Assembly: GCA_030390025.1 (NCBI GenBank)
Contig: CM059432.1
Coordinates: 45,014,001 to 45,078,000, forward strand
DNA length: 64,000 nucleotides
Direction: 5' to 3'
From: Squalus acanthias
Lineage: Eukaryota
Program-made: the position numbers and the translations under genes
The notes under the pieces: model-generated
Told to the model about the DNA's origin: nothing
Database searches by the model: none
Seen by the model: the letters and a program-made list of their open reading frames with translations, nothing else
In this document: piece by piece, positions 59,561-64,000 of the stretch
How the letters are laid out: each line of letters begins with the position of its first letter
Numbering within the stretch: position 1 is the stretch's first letter

Positions 59561-61149
59561 AACACTCATCTGGCCCCCTGCTTAAAAGAAAAAACAGACA
59601 ATCCATTGTGGCTTTCCTACGAGCCCAATGGGCTAATTCGTCAATTCCTGATTCCCTTCTGTCACTGTGGGGAAACATCCACTCAAATTAAAAACCTTAA
59701 ATTTAATAATGTCCAATATCTTTAAATTTCATTCAGCAATAAAAAGTTGTTGTGTGGTGAATTCAAAAAAATACAGCTGTCAGCAGAAAGGGTTAACTCC
59801 TTTGCAGGGTTTGTAAGAAGGCGGAGCAAATTGTCAGATGCACGCAATTGCATCACTTCACATAAAAATTTTTTTAAACTTTCCCGATCGAAAAAGACAG
59901 TTGTGTTTTCACAATTTAATAGGTTAGTTAACTTTTTTTTTCAAAAGAAGACAAACCCAGATACCATCAATCAATGTCAGCTTGTGATCAATTCAATCCA
60001 GCAGGTTAAAACATCAGACATCATACACATTTTGTGAAACAACTCCACACACAACAATAGCATTTCTATTTTTTTTTCCTGGTCACACATACTTGAAATT
60101 GGTCAGAAATTTCAAAAATACCAATTGTTGATATGATTGCCTCATGTCCAGAACTAGAGGCTTTCACACAATTTATACCAACCAAAATTTCACTGTGGCC
60201 ACAATAAAAGTCTGGTTTTACTAGGTTAATTAACCTCAATAACTCCAATTCAATTCAAACCAATATCTTAAACTAACCAGCACCGCTTGAAAAAGAGGGA
60301 GAAGCTTCCCTCAGCTTGTAGCTTTTGAAACATTCATACAAGGTTTTTTCAGACATCACTACACTGAAAGTAGAAAAGGGACAGAGCTTTTCCTTTTCTC
60401 CTTTCTTTATTTCACCATAGGCTACGTGTCAAAAACTTAGAAAGTGGGCGTTTTGGACTTGCAGTAACCAAATTTAGAAGACAATGCTTTGTAAACGTTC
60501 AAATTGATTTAAAATAATATCAAACAATAGCAATTTTTTGTAAAACAAAGTACTTTCAAAAAGTCTCTTTTCATTTTCTACCAGACATGATCAGAAACCA
60601 TGGCAACCATAACTTCAAGGCTGAAGCTTATCTATGTTAAAACAAACTGCCTCTGATTTACAGTTTGCTGTACAAGCCATCCCAGTCAAAATACATCCAC
60701 AGCAGTGTTTTTAACTTAATAATGCAAATCACAAAGTTTCTCCACTTTTAGGTGGACAATCAAATTGAAATGAACATATTTAACACATCGACACTCTTTT
60801 AAAACTTTCAACATCCAACAAAGGGTTAAACGGCTTTTAGCTCCATGCACAGAAAAGTGGGTGGAGCTAAAACAAACACAACAGACACTTTCATTCAAAG
60901 ACAGACTTTCAGACAAAAGGAATACTGTAACTTCTTAAAATTCATAGTCAGGAAATCTTCCACACTTTAACACACACCTTCACACAAACTGAAATTCCAG
61001 CATCTTTTAAGGTTCCTTTCACTCAGCAAATCTTGTGTTTTATTTGTCTCAGCACAGAAGCTGATAGCTTCCGTGTTGGTAAAATTTTACGTTTCTCTTT
61101 TGTTCCTTTTTTTAAATTGTCGTCTCAGCAGCTTTTCCTGGCTCCGCAA

Positions 61150-61733
61150 ATCCGTTTTTTCCCTTCCTTTGCTGAGTTTTCAGATTGGTTAGCCTACAAC
61201 GCAGATCTTTTTCCCTCTTTATCTCCCACTCTCTCCTGCTCTTTATTCTTCATCTCCAGTTTCTTAATCTGCTTATTACATTCAGTGTGGTCCCCACGAG
61301 CACTCCATTCCTCAAGAGCCTGTTTCTGGGTGACCCTAAACGCAACCTTCAGGACCTTTTCTGCCTGCTCTGCCCAATGTCTCTGTTTGGATAGTTCTTT
61401 TGACAAGGCACTGATCCTGATTACATTGGCTCTCGAGGTATTGTTTTTTATTACACTGCCTCTTTTCCTCGAGCCTGTTTCTACCTTCCCTTTTTTCTTC
61501 TGTTTCTTTTCTTAACTTGATCTTTACCCTTTCATCAGATTTAACCTGCCTCTGATAGGCGAATAACCAAATGGATTTCCTTACCCTTGGCCGACACATG
61601 GACCCTTGTGTCCACTGTTCAGCCTCCAATACTGGATCATCACCATCTATAATGACCCGGATCTACTTCTCTCTCAAAGAGGCAACTTCCCTGTCACATA
61701 CTTAGTGACTAACTCATCCATTGTCTTTGCCAT
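61150..61733 (-). pseudogene. gag: ERV-C gag N-terminal coiled-coil remnant
   Basis: MDELVTKYVTGKLPL vs MEERIADYVFGKVNL; KSIWLFAYQRQV vs KAVWLMCYKRQV; DHTECNKQIKKL vs DHSVCQREIENL. Confidence 0.75.
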
Positions 61734-61749
61734 TGTCTGCTCTGAACGG

Positions 61750-61767
61750 GTCCCTGTACGGGCGCCA
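61750..61767 (-). promoter_or_regulatory. Primer binding site, tRNA-Lys(UUU)-like
   Basis: TGGCGCCCGTACAGGGAC, 17 of 18 nt matching the tRNA-Lys3 PBS TGGCGCCCGAACAGGGAC; 5 nt from the LTR. Confidence 0.85.
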
Positions 61768-61772
61768 AAATC

Positions 61773-62508
61773 TGTAAGACGTGCGGAAATCGCCCCTCAC
61801 CTCGTCAAACAGTTTCCAAAGTTCAGACTCGTCAAACAGACAACATAAAACCCAATGACTCTGTGAAACATCTTTTACTTAAAAATCAGCAAGAGATTAC
61901 AAGCAGGCATCCAATAGTTATGTAGCATATAATAATTTCTAATTATACCTCAGCATACACAGAGCTATCCATTTGCTTTAAGCTCAAGCAAAACACCACA
62001 TACGTACCAACACTGGTGAGTGGTCAATCCGGCAGTGACTAGACGTATGATATATGGCAACTGACCAGGTCGCCCGGCTGCAGCAGCGAGTGGTCAATTT
62101 ACAGCATCTTTTATACCCCAAAACTTGGCAACCCTCCCATTGCGTACGTGTCTCTAACTATACGGATAATGGTCATCAGTTGTTTTTCAGTTCTTCTTAT
62201 CAATAGTTCATTGAGCCTCCGTGGGTTTCAAGGCCGGTTACATTCCATAGTTTGAAGATGTTTTTGTCTTTGCACTGATTCCACAGCTCAATAGTCTGTT
62301 CCCACAGAACTTTAAAAGTTTGTTTTCCATATCTGTTGAAAGACAGTTGGTAGCTTTCACAGCTTACAACCACAGCATCTTATTTTGCAAAGTTCTCACA
62401 TCAACCAATCTTTTCTCCTCACGAAGCATGAAGGTACATAAAATGTGGTCAACTTTTTAAGTTTGGTCAAGTTGCATCAAAATTTACAGCAAATGGTGTG
62501 TTCTTACA
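61773..62508 (-). repeat. ERV-C 5' LTR (736 bp)
   Basis: TGTAAGA...TCTTACA inverted ends; matches 35926-36455. Confidence 0.92.
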
Positions 62509-62512
62509 ATGT

Positions 62513-63090
62513 CAAGGGCAGTCACTCTCACCTCACCTCTGGAATTCAACTCTTTTGTCCATGTTTGGACCAAGGCTGTAATGAGGTCTGGAGCCGAGTG
62601 GTCCTGGCGGAACCCAACTGAGCATCGGTGAGCAGGTTATTGGTGCGTAAGTGCTGCTTGATGGCACTGTTGGTGACACCTTCCTTCACTTTGCTGATGA
62701 CTGAGAGTAGACTGCTGGGGCGGTAATTAGCCAGATTGGATTTGTGCCGCTTTTTGTAGACAGGACATACCTGGGCAATTTTCCACATTATCGGGTAGAT
62801 GCCAGTCTTGTAGTTGTATTGGAACAGGTTGGCTAGAGGTGCAGCTAGTTCTGAAGCACAAGTCTTCAGCAGGACAGTGGGATGTTGTCAGGGCCCATAG
62901 ACTTTGCTGTACCCAGTGTGCTAAGCCGTTCCTTGATATCACATGGAGTGAATCGAATTGGCTGAAGACTGGCTTCTGTGATGGTGGGGACCTAAGGAGG
63001 AGGCCGAGATGGATCATCCACTCAGCACTTCTGGCTGAAGATGTTTGCGAATGCTTCAGCCTTGTCTTTAGCACTCATATGCTGGGCTCC
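62513..63090 (-). mobile_element. Host family-B LINE, piece 4 of 4
   Basis: MWKIAQVCPVYKK..ANYRP; joins 35925 across the ATGT TSD. Confidence 0.87.
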
Positions 63091-63869
63091 GACATCCTCT
63101 TAAATCAATCCTCAATCATGTTAAATCCAGACAAGAGGTACACAATACAACCTCACAAAATGTCCGCTGTAATCTGGTTCCATTGACTTTGAAGCAGGAC
63201 CAGATATCCACCCTTACATTTCATTTCCCTCTCCTGTGTCTGCATTTCAATGAAAAACAGTCTCCTATCTTTTATGTGGGCCAATGACGTAGCAATGCTG
63301 TAAATGTTTAGCAGTTTCACATGCACTTAATATCTTCTTCAATCAGGTCTCATTACCGGTGCAATTTGCCCATGTAATCAGAGACAAAAAAATTACATGT
63401 GGGATATAAAGCAGATAATTAGTGTGTTCATGAGTTGCAAAAAACTGCTGTATGGAAAGATCCTACGCATGTACAAATATATTAGTATAAAATTGCAAAC
63501 AGTGTAAACACATAAACAGCACATTATTGGCAGTTACACAAATGACAACATACATTTTTGCATGTACAAATGATATTTGCTTATTTCCTACAAGGGAAAA
63601 ATAGAACCCCCAAGAGGTTTAATATCAGTTAATTCATGTTTATTTGTGCTTGCATCAAATTCCTTTGTGCATTATTTTAATACAGTTGTTAAGCCAAATA
63701 AATGCTAACAACTATGCTAAAATAGCGCACAAAGGAATTTTATGTGACTACATTAATTAGTGCATTACCAGAAGAAATAACAAGGTAGAACATACTGTGG
63801 CCATTAGTGTTAATGCTCATGTTATTTGAGCATTAATTCTCAGAGTGCACTGTGGCATGTCATTAATTC

Positions 63870-64000
63870 ATGTTTTGGAAATTTAACGCAGAAAAGTGCG
63901 AAGTGATACATTTTGGTAGGAAGAAGGAGGAGAGGCAATATAAACTGAAGGGTACAATCCTAAATGGGGTGCATGAACAGAGACACCTAGAGGTATATGT
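63870..64000 (+). mobile_element. CR1 RT fragment running off the window
   Basis: EFNAEKCEVIHFGRKKEERQYKLKGTILNGVHEQRHLEVY. Confidence 0.8.

Larger units (their letters stand above)
35926..62508 (-). mobile_element. ERV-C: decayed provirus related to ERV-B, hosting ERV-B2 and two Harbingers; TSD ATGT
   Basis: LTR copies 35926-36455 and 61773-62508; ATGT at 35922-35925 and 62509-62512; PBS; gag, IN and env remnants. Confidence 0.9.

Overview
Eukaryotic, vertebrate-type genomic DNA that is almost entirely nested transposable elements. The mix of CR1 LINEs, a Deu-type SINE, Harbinger transposons and fish-type ERVs suggests a cartilaginous fish (inference). Contents: (1) a decayed Harbinger split by a SINE-headed LINE, itself split by a CR1 (2.1-9.1 kb); (2) a minus-strand ERV with gamma-type env and tRNA-Ser PBS (ERV-A, 10.6-19.4 kb) inside a CR1; (3) a full-length, apparently intact CR1 with a tandem-monomer 5' UTR and a U UUA AAC slippery site joining ORF1 to an AUG-less ORF2 (22.8-28.5 kb); (4) three proviruses of a deep-branching retrovirus clade (ERV-B1 29.4-35.8 kb, pol-less; ERV-B2 36.5-46.7 kb; ERV-C 35.9-62.5 kb) with coiled-coil Gag (CCHC in B1/B2), dual RNase H Pol in B2, and a paramyxo-F/foamy-like Env that carries an immunoglobulin-like domain in two divergent families; (5) two long Harbingers (one with both genes intact) and a solo LTR. 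No host gene is confidently recognised; there is one candidate exon. All assignments come from reading motifs by eye, with no database searches.
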